DNA of 64,000 bases, from positions 1,922,001 through 1,986,000 of the forward strand of contig CM074811.1 in NCBI GenBank assembly GCA_037447605.1. The letters run 5' to 3'. Numbering within the stretch: position 1 is the first letter of the stretch; the number at the start of each line of letters is the position of its first letter. The notes under the pieces were generated by a model that ran no database searches, was not told the origin of the DNA, and was given only the letters and a program-made list of their open reading frames with translations. Shown one piece after another: positions 10,801 through 29,178 of the stretch. This stretch comes from Zygnema circumcarinatum SAG 698-1b. Its lineage: Eukaryota > Plantae > Zygnematophyceae. The position numbers and the translations under genes are program-made.

Positions 10801-13366
10801 GCACTGGTCGACCTTTAAATGTTTTGGGGCAAGCAGCATTTTTACTTTCCCTCTAATCAAGCACTCCCAACAACGCAATCTTGCTATCTTGCCTGGGCAA
10901 ATCGTTGTCCACTGTTAGCTCTTTCAGCCCAAAAAAGTTTAATCTTATAAAGAAATGTGTGGCCATGATTCTGAGTGTATGTCACACTTAGGTTGAACAG
11001 AACATGGAGGCTGAAATCAGATAGCGTTAATAAAGCACAGTCGATAAAAATTCACCATGCCTTCGCAAAATTCAATTCATCTCTGTTTGGGTACGGCAAC
11101 TGCGAAATGTGAGCGTTCACATGTATGGAGCCCACCTCATTCTTTTTGTAAACAAGCCCTTCTCTCCGCCAGCCTACAGCTCCGGTCACATTGATGGTTA
11201 CATTCGGCGCAGGAGGCTCTGCTTTCTGCAATGGAAATGCTCCAAGGGGAATATGTCAAGCAACCTGCCTCCAACCTTTGTGGGTCATTGCCCACCAAGG
11301 AACTTAAAGCATTTGTCTAAGCTGATTAGGTCAGAAAGGCAACCGACTGTGCTCTGCCGTTTGATGGCACCACAATCATTTGGTGAACTGACGGAGGCCT
11401 TATCACAGTGGGTGGGTGAGGCTTAGAGATCTACGATGTTACCACTGAAATTCAAATAGCCAAAAGCATCATACGACGCTATTAACCAGCAGTCTCACAC
11501 TCACTTTGGAAAAGGGAGAACGGAAGCCTTCTTGGGTAATGTACAGCTTCAAGATCTCAGGGGACAAGTTCTGTGGGTAGCCAAAGTCCATGATCTCTGC
11601 AAAATTGGAGTGGAACAACTACTAAATTAAGAAGGTGACTCAATGGCCGGGTGACCGCACACTGCCAATCCAATGAACTGTTCGAAACATGAACTTCACA
11701 TATCCTTATTATCAATGGGGAACATAAGCCATGAGATGAATTCCTCAGACGAATGAGCCTTGGGTGCAATAGTACGCTTTGTTTGCAAGCTTCATCAAAC
11801 CATAAACCTCATCGACGCAAATTCCAGTCAATGAGTGTTCTGAAATGTCTTCGGCAGAGGCATAGATCCACAACCCCAGCAGAGCTTAAGAGTTCTCTGG
11901 AGGTACTGGATCAGCAAACGATATGATACAACTGCAAACTTACCATCGAGAAGCTCGTAAATGAGCACAAAGTTATTTCGAATTGAATCTTCATCAAAGG
12001 ATCCTCCGAAATAAGACTTGAACAAAGCCACAGCCTGTGGGCCACGAGCCATCAGAGGAGTAAGTTGTCATGGCACCGTAAAGCCCTTCCAGAAGCATAG
12101 AGCAACGAGGGCGGAGGAAGTGTTCTCCTTCCACGCATGCCCAGGTCAGACATTCTCCGCAGGCTACTAGGCAAAGCATTTTTCGGCTAGTGCACTATCC
12201 TTAATATCACTATATAGAATAGCTTGCTCAAATCAAACATGTTACTTCAAGGGAACAGAGAAGGCAACCTGTCTATGAATTGCATAAATCTTTTGTCGGC
12301 TGCAAAATGAGACATCTTCCAGAATGCTCAAAGTAAAGGAAAGTTGGCATACGTTGGTTTGCATATGCTAGTTGCCCTCTGGGAGCATTTTTCATAGGGG
12401 TCTGAGGACATGAGAGCATGTAAATGTACTATAAAATGCATGAAGTATGAATTTGAACTTCAGTTCCCACTTCTATATCTCTTGAACTTAAAACGTTAGA
12501 ACTAGTTTTCATAGCTCTTAAAACAAAACCCATTTTCGCATTCGCATTTTCGCATATACTTACACCCAACATTTAGAAATCCACGAATGTCTTTGTTATT
12601 TCAGTTAAACCTGACAGAGCTTCATGACCCTTCCCTTTCGCAGCACTTCACTCCTAGCAGCTTTTGAAACTTCAGAATGCAGATTTCTGAACAATGGCTT
12701 CATTGCTCTACCAATTGCTTTGCCACATGGAGATGAACAAACAAACGACTTGCGAGTTTTCCTACATCTGAGTTGTATCAACTTCGCATCGCTATCACTG
12801 ACGATGCGCACTTGAAATTTTCAAACTTTACGACATAGATGCAGATAACCTGGTGCTGAACGAGAAACTGTGGCCGCGGAATAAGCAAGTGAGCGTAATT
12901 CACTGACCTCGACAACAAATTTGAATGCACAGGCAGCATTGCAGTTGCTGCTGACGACAATCACAATGTAAACGTTGCTAATGCGCATGTAGAGGAAGGA
13001 GCACGCCCCCATGTGACGCACTGGAGACAAGCCAAGATCCTTCGTCTGCAATATGTGTGTTCGGAAAGCATCCACCATGTTCCCTCTGAAAGCCAACGAA
13101 AGGCAGGTTAACAGCATTAGATCCATGCTTCTTCATGCGCCTTTGCAAAGCGGAACCCCTCCTCTCGCAGAATTCATACAGAAATTAATTGCCACGAGTC
13201 CCCGGCCTTGTAACGCTCTGCAAAGGGAGAGGAGAAGGCCCAGTGCACGTCCGAACGAAAAGAAGTTTGAGAGCAAAACTCACCCGACATCGTCCCGATA
13301 AAGTCTATTGATGAGAACATCCCCCCGCAGATTAAGAAAGTAGATGGCTGACGCTGCGACAGGCAT
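7896..13366 (-). CDS. AP2M: AP-2 clathrin adaptor complex subunit mu (437 aa)
   Basis: 13 exons: 13366-13284, 13085-12908, 12034-11944, 11596-11505, 11225-11136, 10497-10449, 9921-9783, 9603-9487, 9289-9199, 8969-8827, 8588-8474, 8185-8141, 7976-7896 (1314 nt). [28 protein letters not shown]...[26 protein letters not shown]. Confidence 0.97.
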
Positions 13367-15460
13367 TGTTACGCGGTAGTCCAAGACCTAAAGAAATGGA
13401 AAAGCGGCGATCACCAGAAAACAGCGCTGACTACTCGTGTTCAAAGAAGCAAGTCTAATGCTTTTCTGTACGTTCGCCTTATTCTGCAGTAAGCGCGACC
13501 TCCCACTTCCCGCAGAGTCTGATCTGCGCATCTTAGGAAGACGAACCCAAACTGCGACAACCAGCGAATGCGAGAAAGGATAGCCAAGCAACCAAGACGC
13601 CCCCGAGACTCAGCACCTATGCCCTCGCCACCGAAGCGTGCCAATGCCCCAGTGCCCCCTTGCTCCAAGCGCGCCCTTCCCCTTGCCCGGAGCCGCCGAG
13701 CCCGCTTGCAACCGCCATGGAGGGAGCTCTGAGCACTACAGGACTGGGCCTGAGGCAGTCCTGCAGGGCGGGACGGCTCGCGGCTTTCCCAGAAGGTGCC
13801 CAGGCCAACGTACACTGTACGGACCCTACACCGCCGTACGTCTGTACGAGGGATGTACGGACGGGAGGTGGAGGCCGGCGGTAGGATAGGCGAGTTTGAT
13901 GGTTAGTGGGTGTTGGAAGTGAAGTGATGTTTGGGGGGGATAGGGTTTGTGGTTCCACGGAATTTTCCTCTCAATGCTTAATATTGTTATTTTGTGAGCG
14001 GCGACGGCCTGCATTGGATTACTCGGACAACTTTTGAGAGCATGTCGGCAATTCGGTAGGGTGTGCATGCTGGAACGGGACATTGGATGGGCATCGGCCG
14101 GGTAGGTACAACACATCCGTTCCAGACCATTCCCTCGGCGTCGTGAGGTCAATACCAATCCATCTTTCCATCGTGAACCTTCTCTCTTTTTTTTTTTTTC
14201 CTTTTTGACAAGAAAGCAGCCAGCAAGAAGAGACGGCGGGCGAAAACGAGTCGAGCAGAGGTCGCCGAAGGCAGGCAGCACCGCCATGAGGGCGGGGAAC
14301 GGGCCCTCCCTCCCGCCCTCCAAGGCGAGGCCGGCCGGCCCACGCTCCGTGCGTCCGCAGTTTAACGCTCCGTGTTCTCTAACGGAACCGACGGAACGAG
14401 TCTGCGGCTACACCGCAAGGGAACTTGCCCCCATGTGAACGCAAAGTGGATTGGTGGGTGCCAGTGTGAACCCTAACATGTACGGTACTGTACGGTCCAG
14501 TTTCCGACTTCCTCTCCCCGTACGTAAGGTACGTACGGACGGACTGGCAGAATGGCAGTGGCGCTGCAAGCAAGGCCCTCTCCCTCCCTTCCTTCCCCTC
14601 CATACCTCCCTCCCTCCACCGGGCCGGGCCGGGCAGCCATGGAAGAATGGAAGGCACGCTGGGGCACAGACCACCGGCAGGGCGCTACAGGGGTGGGAGG
14701 AAGGCCGCCCGGCCGACTTGTTTTGAATTCGCAGGTTCGCTTAGAATTCGAAAAGGCGTAAGAGATTTTGCATCGTTACACCGGCCTTCTTTGCCTCTGA
14801 AAAGTAGCGGAAGAGGAGGTATGGGCTTCTTTGGTGAAGAACGCGGGTCAGGGGGTCAGCGGATCAGCTGCGGTCAGGTGTTCGCTTCAACTGAATTGAC
14901 TCTGTGATTTGAGCCTTCAAGAAGTAATAAAGTGCATCATCACTCTGCGCGTTTGGTGTTCTGAATAGTTCGGATGTTGCTCTTGTGTCTGCAGTCTTGA
15001 GTGTGAAGTGAGATACGAATTGCTGGGTTGGAAGTTAGTGTACGGGTTATAGAGGTGTACAAATTTATCGGCAATTTCAGTTTGTTGGCCACCTGCATAA
15101 GCTATCATTTCGTTTTCTCATCTTAGAATGCACTCTATAGTTGAACTCCTGAAAATGTGTCTGGCATACACCATAAACGTCATCGGATTCCTGATGTCAT
15201 CGTCTCTTAAAATGAGTTTCATTGGAGGAATTTGTTCGGCTATGCCGTTTTTGTTGTTGTACTGATAGGTGAGGGGATTGATCACTTTGTTTTTTTTTTG
15301 TGCAGGCCCGTGATCTATATTTCATACAATTTTTCCATCAGTGAGGGAGGCTTGTGCATAATATCTATTAAAGAGGCCTTACAGGGGTACAACTAGCCTC
15401 CATCCAGCAATTACGAGTGTACATAATCTGACTGCTATCATCATTGCCTAGCAGATCACA

Positions 15461-16465
15461 ATGTCATCGCCCTGTATTGATGAGCCGATGCTCGCGTCAG
15501 GATTCAGGCAAGACGAAACGAGTTTGTTGTCGGCTCTACCGGAGGAGTGTCTTGAGCTTGTCTTCAGACGGATGGCTCCTCCAGATGTCGGCCGTGCCGC
15601 TTGTGTTTGCCATGCTTGGGCAGCCATTGCAAGGTCGAATTCTGTTTGGTCGAATCGTGAGGCTCCAGCTGCAGCAGACCTCGTCAAAAGCTATACTGAA
15701 CTCTATCCTGGCGCGTTTGGCTGTTCCTCCAGAGATTTGTTTCGATTCATGTTAAAGGGGTTCTACGTGAGTGGCAGGACAGCTAAACTGGAAATTGACC
15801 CTGCCAGTGGTACGCTGACCTATGCCATTTCTTTGGGAGCAGAGTCAGAGGCCATAATTCTAAGTGCTGGGGGACAGCAATATTGCAGCGAGGTAGAATA
15901 TGCCGAAGGCTCGCCGTTTTTCTTTATGCTCCACCTTACACAGTTCATCCCTGGTGCTTGGGGAATCAATCATTTCTGGTCTTACAGGACAGGCCCGTTG
16001 ACTTGTTTCCTACCCCCAGGGAGGTATTCTATTGCATGGCGTCTCACCCGAGATGAATTTTGGGAGACTTTAGATGTCCTTGACACGTCAGAGACCTCCA
16101 GACACTTCTCTCTGATGAACAGATTCTGGACTGCATCTCACCATGTGGTGATGATTCAGAATAAGCTCCTTATAAGCCCGAAAGTGGTACCAGAGATCCC
16201 AAAGTGGTTAGAGATTGTGGTTGCCGTATTGGTTGTTGAGCCACATGGTGAACTTTCTGAAGGGCGGCAGTCACGCGCAGAGCTGCCATACTGGATGGAG
16301 ATGGACATGGTCGAAAGAAGGGACGTTTCAGAGGCAGCACGGCGAAGCAGCGGCAGGCAGCTTTGCAAGGTGGAACTGTTTGCAGAGTTGAGCAACCCGA
16401 TTGGTCAGGATTGGGCTGGTGACTTGTACATAGATGCGCTTGTACTGAGACAAATCAGGGAGTGA
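15461..16465 (+). CDS. F-box protein with PP2 (phloem protein 2)-like C-terminal domain, single coding exon
   Basis: 334-aa ORF. F-box LSALPEECLELVFRRMAPPDVGRAACVCHAWAAIARSNSVW; PP2-type motifs FLPPGRYSIAWRL, KWLEIVV and WAGDLYIDALVLRQ. Confidence 0.85.
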   Translation: MSSPCIDEPMLASGFRQDETSLLSALPEECLELVFRRMAPPDVGRAACVCHAWAAIARSNSVWSNREAPAAADLVKSYTELYPGAFGCSSRDLFRFMLKGFYVSGRTAKLEIDPASGTLTYAISLGAESEAIILSAGGQQYCSEVEYAEGSPFFFMLHLTQFIPGAWGINHFWSYRTGPLTCFLPPGRYSIAWRLTRDEFWETLDVLDTSETSRHFSLMNRFWTASHHVVMIQNKLLISPKVVPEIPKWLEIVVAVLVVEPHGELSEGRQSRAELPYWMEMDMVERRDVSEAARRSSGRQLCKVELFAELSNPIGQDWAGDLYIDALVLRQIRE

Positions 16466-17129
16466 ATTGTTGCTTGTAAATTTTGTATATGTATCATATC
16501 GGGCTCGTGTAGGGTGATGCGAACTATTTCCTGGCATGTGCATATAGGTTAAGGTCAAGAAACAGGTAGTAGCCGATTGGAACATGTGTTGTGTTGTACA
16601 GAATGTTTGAAATTCTATTGCAAGATTCTAGCAGGGCAGACTTGTTGTAGCAATGAGCAAATAAGGGTGAGTCGGTGGAGCCCAGCAGCTGATAATGAAA
16701 CACTCACCATGTGTGTTGATACATTCAATAGCTCAAATGCTTTGTTGGTCCTTGGCTTCGTTCTCATGAAAGTGTCACCCAAGAGATGGATTCTTTCCTT
16801 CATTTCCGACCCTCCGCGGCTGCGCGAACATCAGTACAGTACAGGGGACTTTCGTTGCCTTCATCCCATTGTCGGTGCTCCTCTGTGCTGTGCGCGAAGC
16901 GTAAGTTTTGTTTTTCAGTTCCAAGTTCTACGCGGAAGACAGTACAGTACACCGAACTGTAAATCTCAGACCTTTGCGACCAGTCAGTCCCTCGTGGTTC
17001 CCCATGCTACTTTTGTCCATGTACATTTGAGATCAATGGCATTTTCTTTTCAAATTTCAAACCTGCGTCATGGTTCGCTGCCTTGCAGACCACAGGTTAT
17101 GATGCTGCTCACAGGGGGCTAAGACAACA

Positions 17130-17155
17130 GAGCAGCAGCAGCAGCAGCAGTAGCA
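17130..17155 (+). repeat. (CAG)n microsatellite
   Basis: agcagcagcagcagcagcagtagca downstream of the F-box gene. Confidence 0.8.
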
Positions 17156-17189
17156 AAACAAAGAAAAAGGGAAACATGAAGAACCGCTA

Positions 17190-18800
17190 CCGATAAAACC
17201 GAACAGGTTGAGGATAAAAGAAGTTAAAGATTTTGGCTTCTCAAAAAGAAAAAACTTTCAAATCCAGTTTCTCAAAAAAAAAACCCTATATTTGTAAGGG
17301 TAGTGATATTTCCACCCCTTTTTTGGATCCAAACACCCCTTCCCGGCCGGGCAGATTTCAAAAAGGATTAAAAACGGAAAATGCTTTTTTCACACCTTTT
17401 TGGAATCGATACCCACCCTCCATCGGCAGATTTTATTTTTGCGAAACAAGGAAATAACCCGTCACCCCATTTTGAATATCCCGCCTACCTGAATTTTTTT
17501 TCACGCGTGCGTTCAATCGTAGCCGTCGATTCCCTCGCAGATCACTATTTGCTCTGCAGCCGGGCTCGGTCACAGCGAATGGCAGGTGCCCACGTATCCC
17601 GCCAAACTCGTCTCAAAAAAATGTCCGTACAAATGTCGTACGGTCGCACTTTGAGGAACCCAAAATTTCGTACATTGCGAGCTTGGACCAATCAAAAATT
17701 TCCACGTAACACGTGGCAGCTTTTGATTGGCTGGGAGCTAACAATGACGAGATCTCGAGCCGAGGGACGCGCGCACTCGCACGTGCGATCCGGCTTTGAC
17801 GGAACTTGTGGGCGCTTTCCATTCGCTAAGATCGAGTCCGGCTGCAGATCGAACGGTGACCTGCAGTGGTGCGATCTGCGAGGGAATCGACAGATGCGAT
17901 TGACACACACGTGTGAAGGACGGACACCCGCGAACGATCTCGTGGTGGACGGATCTTCCACTTCGAGCGGATTCGGGCTGGCAGATATTTCTTTCCCTCA
18001 AATAAAAATTTCAGGGAGGCGGGATACAGTATTCAAAATGCAGTGACGGGGTATCATTTTCCTTGGTTAGCAAAAATAAAATCAGCCGACGGAAGTAGGT
18101 GGGTATCGATTCCAAAAAGGTGTGAAAAAGGCATTTTCCGTTTTTAATCCCTTTTGAAATCTGCCCGGCCGGGAAGGGGTGTTTGGATCCAAAAAAGGGG
18201 TGGAAATATCACTACCCATTTGTAAACACGATTCATTTTGAGAAATGGGAAATGAATTCCTTAAAAAAAATCTCAACAACATTTCTCTCATTAATATTAA
18301 TTGTTCGTGTTCAATTTGAGTTTTCCTTGGGTCCACCGATCAACAATGAGATTTTAACGGATCGCAAAGCGCGTAGAAACAGAAGTCCGTACATAAAGTG
18401 TTGATCTGTTCGCGGGAAGATTCGTACGGCAAAAGTTAGGGCACGGATTAACCGAATCCCTAGAATCGCACGGAACTAACGTGGCGGAAACCGTAATCCA
18501 CAAGTGCGACCGAACCAAGAGTATTTGAAACTTTTTTTTAAACTTTTCGCTTCTTAAATCGAAAAAGTTTTGACCTCGAGTGTCCAAAGTTAAACCCTAT
18601 TCAATAAGATTGAGAACTGAGAAATCAAGTAAACTGGGAATGGAAGTGGCATTGATCTCACGATGGCGATGAGGCCATCAAATGGAAATGGACAAAATCA
18701 GCATGGGGAACCACGAGGAACTTGTCGCAAAGGACCTAAGCTCAAAAGAAAAAAGTAAGTAAACTCGTTTCTCAATTTCTCAACCTGTTCAATTTTACGG
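17190..18800. mobile_element. Degenerate Tc1/mariner-like non-autonomous element hosting a nested insertion
   Basis: Imperfect TIR CCGATAAAACCGAACAGGTTGAG (17190-17212) vs reverse complement of 18779-18800, CCGTAAAATTGAACAGGTTGAG (20/23). TA on the left flank, CA on the right (one change from a TA TSD). Confidence 0.55.
17298..18217. mobile_element. Long-TIR (~205 bp) foldback element with 8-bp TSD, Mutator/Merlin-like, non-autonomous (920 bp)
   Basis: TIR starts GGGTAGTGATATTTCCACCCCTTTTTTGGATCCAAACACCCC; arms 17298-~17503 and ~18003-18217. TSD ATTTGTAA at 17290-17297 and 18218-18225. Inner inverted repeats at 17525-17543/17873-17891. Confidence 0.9.
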
Positions 18801-19129
18801 CACCCTTACCCTAATAATGTGGAAGATCGCAAACCCATGGCCTTGTGATGTTTCAAACTTGGCTCCGACGACGTGACGTCACGAGACGTGACGTCGGGCC
18901 GCGACTGTGCCCATGTGGCGAGTACAGCGTGCAACAAGGTGCGGAGCATGGAACGCGCAACGGGACGGGGACGAGAACGGGGACAGCGACAGGGACAGGG
19001 AAGGGCGTGACCGCCGCACGGACGGGCCGGGCCGGGCCGGCTGTGCGGCGCTGGCGGTGCCACGTGGCGGCAGCGGGCGAGCCGGGCGGGCGCCCGGGGG
19101 CGGCGGGACAGTCACAGGGCGCGCGGGAC

Positions 19130-19310
19130 GCGTGGACAGGGAGAGGGAGTGGGAGAGGGAGAGGGAGAGAGGGAAGGAGGGGGAGGGGGGAGAGGGAGAG
19201 GGNNNNNNNNNNGGGAGAGGAGAGGGAAAGAGAGGGGGGAAAGGAGGGGGAGGGGGGGGAGGAGGAGGAGGGGGAGGGGGAGGGGGAGGGGGAAGGAGGG
19301 GGAGGGGGAG
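19130..19310 (+). repeat. Polypurine (GA/G-rich) tract with a 10-N assembly gap
   Basis: Almost pure G/A sequence upstream of the UGE ATG; Ns at 19203-19212. Confidence 0.9.
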
Positions 19311-19536
19311 ATCACAGGCTGCGGTTGCGGCAGAGATCTGGAACAGCTGCGCACAAACGAGAGGGAAGGCGTTGGGAGAGTTCATCGGATCTTCTGCAAA
19401 AGGTTTTGGAAAGCGTTTGCGACGCGTCGTTGAAGGAAGAAGAAGCAGAGGATCGTAAAGTGCAGTGAAAGAGGGAGTTTGAGAGCGGTTAGGAAAGGCG
19501 GCAGGCGAAGGTGCAGGCTTGGAGCAGACGAAACCG

Positions 19537-24645
<5,109 letters not shown>

Positions 24646-25369
24646 CTGCCTCTCCCTCTCCCTTCCATGTCAAAATCGATCTGGCGGTCGCTTACCCAAC
24701 AGGATACTTAGCAAATTAAAAATTTACCAATTCAGGCATCTTGCAGTTGATTCGTGCATGTTTTCCGCATGCCGATGGCCGGGTGCACCATTAGCCAAAT
24801 GCAGTTGACCGAATTAGTCGGAATGTTTAACTATGAAGTTTTGTATAGATTACTTTTTGAGGAGCTCGGAGGGGACGGTTGGGGAATGCGGAGCGGAGTG
24901 GTTTCCGGTGAGAGGTCGAGTACAGTCCCTTGCTTAGATAGTGTGACCCAACTGCTTCTAAATAGCCTCACTACGAACTCCATTAGTTGATTTTTTTAAT
25001 TTGATTTCAAGAAAAATAAAGAACCTCATCCCATGCGTTACCAGCAGCAAGAGCTGGAAAATGTGTCAGAAGTGTATGCACTGCAAAGCTGTGCACTTAT
25101 TGCTAACTGTGTGCACCTACTGTCTTCTATCAGAGTGACCCCCTCGTGCTGACAAAAGTTATCCTTTTCCTAACTAAGGGTGGATTTAGCCACTGGGAAA
25201 TGGAGTACTAACGCAGTCCCATAATAAAATTTCAATGGCTTTAAATCTGGAAATCCAACAGAAGCCTCACTGTTCTATAACATTTTTTTTTTCAACTCTT
25301 CGTTCTGTGCTGACCAATAAACCCGGCAATAAATGCTTCTCTTGTGCTACAAATAGGCCCACATGTCTC

Positions 25370-28300
25370 TCAGTTCAAGGGGCTGGAAGGAGGAGCGTAG
25401 TTCATCTTAAAGAAGTGGGCACGCACTTTGTCCAGCGCTCTCCTACGGTGTGAGATCTTGTTCTTCTGCTCCTTGCTCATTTCCGCAAACCTGAGGAATT
25501 GATACCCGGAACCAGACAACAGAGACTCGAGTTAACAAAGGTGTCTGAAAGCCATGCCTTGAAGAAGAAAAAGGAGATGGAAAGAAATAAGCGTCAATAT
25601 GGGGCTCCGACTGCGAACGCTCATTTCCCCTACTCTGCTGCCAATATACACTGCGACCCCACCCCCTCCTCCCCCACCCCACCCCCCCTCGGGATGCATT
25701 CGAGAGAGAGAGAGAGAGAGAGAGAGGGAGGAGAGGGAGAGGGGGAAGGGGAGAGGCGCTTACGTGACATCGAAGCCATCTGGTTGGAAGACAGGGTCCC
25801 AGCCAAACTGACTCGGGCCGCGGGCAGGGACGATCTTCCCCTGCATGAAACATGATCCCATTCAAGTGAGCAACCAGCCATGGCAGGTCTATGCTTCCAT
25901 GCGCTCTTTGCAATCTAGACTCTCTTCAAAGTCGCTGCCTCGACCTTATTGCTAAGATTGACTCAGCATTGCCTCGCCTGCTAGAACACGCCTTGCAGGG
26001 GACCCTTCATAGAGCACGTGTATGTGTGCGGCCCATTGAGGCTCACATCTGTGCGGCCGCTGAAAGAAATCGGCTGCTCCCCTGGGCCAAGGGCCAGGGA
26101 AAAAACGCAGAGTGCGTATGCTGACTTATCCTCATATGCGGCGAGGAGGTTGTTTAGACCTGCACAGCATCCAAAGTCACAGATGTCACTTGCAGACCTG
26201 CAGTCGAAAGGAAGGTGCTTCATAATGACATACAGTCGCATAGTCCTACTCAACATAAGGAGGCAGATGTACCAAACATCGGCATTTCCACAGTCAATCA
26301 TGGGACCCTCATTCCTCTGCCTTAGAACTTTTCAGTTCTGCCGCAAAGACACATCGGCTTAGCACATACATACATTGAACAGAGAGGAAGTGACAGATAC
26401 ATCAATCCATACCCTGCGCTTTCTGAATCAACAGAACTACCACTGCTAGGCAGGTTGCCCTTATTTGGAAGCACAGACATTCGAAGGTCAAGGGACGAAG
26501 CTTGAAGCCCTTCAATTGCACCGGCGAGCACTACCCACCTTCATGGCCTAACTTCTGAAGGAACCACTTCCTGCCCCATGCCCCGTCCTGCATCCGCCTC
26601 AATACTGCAGCCAAAGAAGTTGCCGATTCTGAACGACCATAAAAGCAGGATGACTCTGGTCACAATTATGGGCTAAGTGCTTGAATGTCATAGTTTTGGA
26701 AGCGATGGAAACAAACGCAAAAGGAGAAAACAGGCGAAATGAAATAGTTAAAGGGAGGAAGTACAGGGCAGCCATGGCGTGACATACACGTAAGGACCTG
26801 CAGCACCCACCAGGCCTTTCTAACAAATGAAAAGCTGCACATATGAAGCAAGGTAGACAGCCAATGTTCTCGGGTGAAAACAAAACGCAAATAAAACGCA
26901 TACCAGCAAGTGCTAAGTCCCAGAACTAATGAAATTACTCGTTAATGGCAGCAACTTTCACTGCCCCTACTGCTTGTCCTGTATTTCGAGAGAGGCAAAG
27001 CTGCTGTATACGTCGCATGTGCACCCAAAAGTATGAATGGACAACCTGGCAGGCCGTGCAGCGCATTGAAGCACAAACACGTGTCCTCCACAAGCACCGG
27101 CCCATTCACCTGCATGAGTTCGCACCAAACAGGAAAATCTGAAATTACAAAGCTTCACGCAAGCACTACCCCCAGATACTAAGGAGATCAAAACATGACA
27201 GAGGCACATTGAGGACACCCACAAGTACGGTCATTCCTCTGAGAGCTATGTCTTCGCATAACGCTAAAGCAAATTGAGGGATTACGATATGAAGGGATTA
27301 TGTAATGCATCCACCAAGTTTGGCAGTGAATGTCGCACTTTTCTTCGCTTTCAAGTGGCACCTTATGAGTCTCTCTCAGGCAGACGGGCCATCATCGCAC
27401 CTCCTTTGCTGCCAGACGCGCCTTCGCAAGGGAGATCTCCTCCGGCTCCCCCTGCAACTCAGGCACTGATGCAATGCATACAATGGGAATGTCAGCAAAG
27501 CGTTTAGAGAACTTAGGCTTTGCTTGTGAAATATGTGAGAAAGAAAACTGCAACCATCACAGAGGGAGCACGGTGTCCGAAGCATTGAACAAGAAGGATG
27601 AAAAACTCAATTCGCAACGGCGGGCTTTTGAGTTGAACTTTATAACGATGCATTGACCTAGGATGCGCTCGAACGAATGGTTTAAATGAACCAAAAACTA
27701 AACGTGAGCAAGTTCGCGTGAAAGAAGTGAAGGCTGAAGTGCTCTTTGTCACGTATAAAGAAACGAAGCGGGCTGATTTTCAGTATATGAAAGTAAAAAT
27801 GCCACCCTGTGTGTGCAAGAACCATTGTTTGAGAGGAGAAGGATAAGGAACTAAATGGCAACGACAACACCTTCAGGGCATTTAGGTAAAGTGTGCGCAT
27901 GTTCAAAGAGTTTGAAGCATGCACAACATACGGAACAGATGAACAATTAAAAAGTTTTCACAGTTTAAAGACTGCGTAAATGGGAGTCCCACAACTACGT
28001 TATCTACCTCAGAGGACATTGAGCAAAACCCAAACTCGGCTCACAATTAACACCGTTTATGATCAGTTCCTTAAGGTTTTCCCGCGTACCCAAAAAAAAA
28101 AGGTGGAACGGATCCTTTAACGTAGATCAATTCGAAACAATAACAAGTTGTTATCTACTCGCTGTTATTTCTACCATATCAACTTAAACAGCATTGTCAA
28201 TCAGCTAAATGCGTTCCGCAGATTTTGTCTCTACATGTTCCAGGCGAACTCCCCCTTTCTATCAATACCTGCATCCTCTCAGCACACCCTTCCCTCTCTT

Positions 28301-28583
28301 CTCTCCCTCCGCCCTCCCTCCTCTCCTCTTCCCTCCCCTCCCCTCTCCTCCGCTCCTTTCCTCTCTCCCTCCCCTCCTCTCCCTCCCTCTTCCTCACCCC
28401 ACTCTCCTCTCTGCCTGACCCAGCAGCAGACCGAGCCGGCGCCTTACAGTCGATCTTCATGCTGCGGAAGGGGATGCCGTCCCCCAGGATCATCGTCACC
28501 TCCTCCAGCTTCTTAGGGTTCCCCGTGACAAAGGTGACGGGCTGCGGGAGCTGCATGGCCGCCAGCGTATGCGCCATCGCCAT
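25370..28583 (-). CDS. ITPA: Inosine triphosphate pyrophosphatase (Ham1 family, 205 aa)
   Basis: 8 exons: 28583-28448, 27465-27401, 27109-27046, 26797-26788 (10 nt), 26570-26539, 26159-26047, 25840-25764, 25490-25370. Motifs [45 protein letters not shown]. Confidence 0.96.
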
Positions 28584-29178
28584 GGCGGCCTCCGCCTTCC
28601 TCCGCTCTCCGAGCTGCAGCTCCAACACTGCTCTCGCGCAATGCAGGGGGACCGCTTTTGTAAATATTCTCGCCAACATTTTTCGTTTCTGTCGCTGCCC
28701 GCTCGGGCGTTCGCGCTTGGGCTCGGGGTTTCGCGCTGAAATGTCTTTACGGGGCGGTAATTTTAGAAAATTTCTTTTGAGATTTAGAGGATGAAGCGGG
28801 GAGGGCCAACAAGGGGATTTCGAAGCAGAGATTTTTGGCGATATTTTGCATTGGAACTATGAGCAGTGCACTCCATATTCGCAGAGGGGGAAGAGTTGAG
28901 AGAGGTTTGCATAGGAGTAAACCCACAAGAGTTTCCTGAGCCCCTGGGAGAGCAGATTCGACCTCATTCTCTCGAGTGGAGGGGGTGGGAATCAAGAGAA
29001 ACCTGACAAAAAACCCACTTTCTAAAAAAATATAAAATTTGCGTGAGAAATATAACTTAACGAGGGGTCGACGAAGCACAGCCAAACGCTTGATGTGTAA
29101 AGAACACATCTGCGCTTTCAAAAGAGACCAATTGTACAATAAATTTACTTCCAGCAATCGGAAGGTAAGCAAGCGCCT

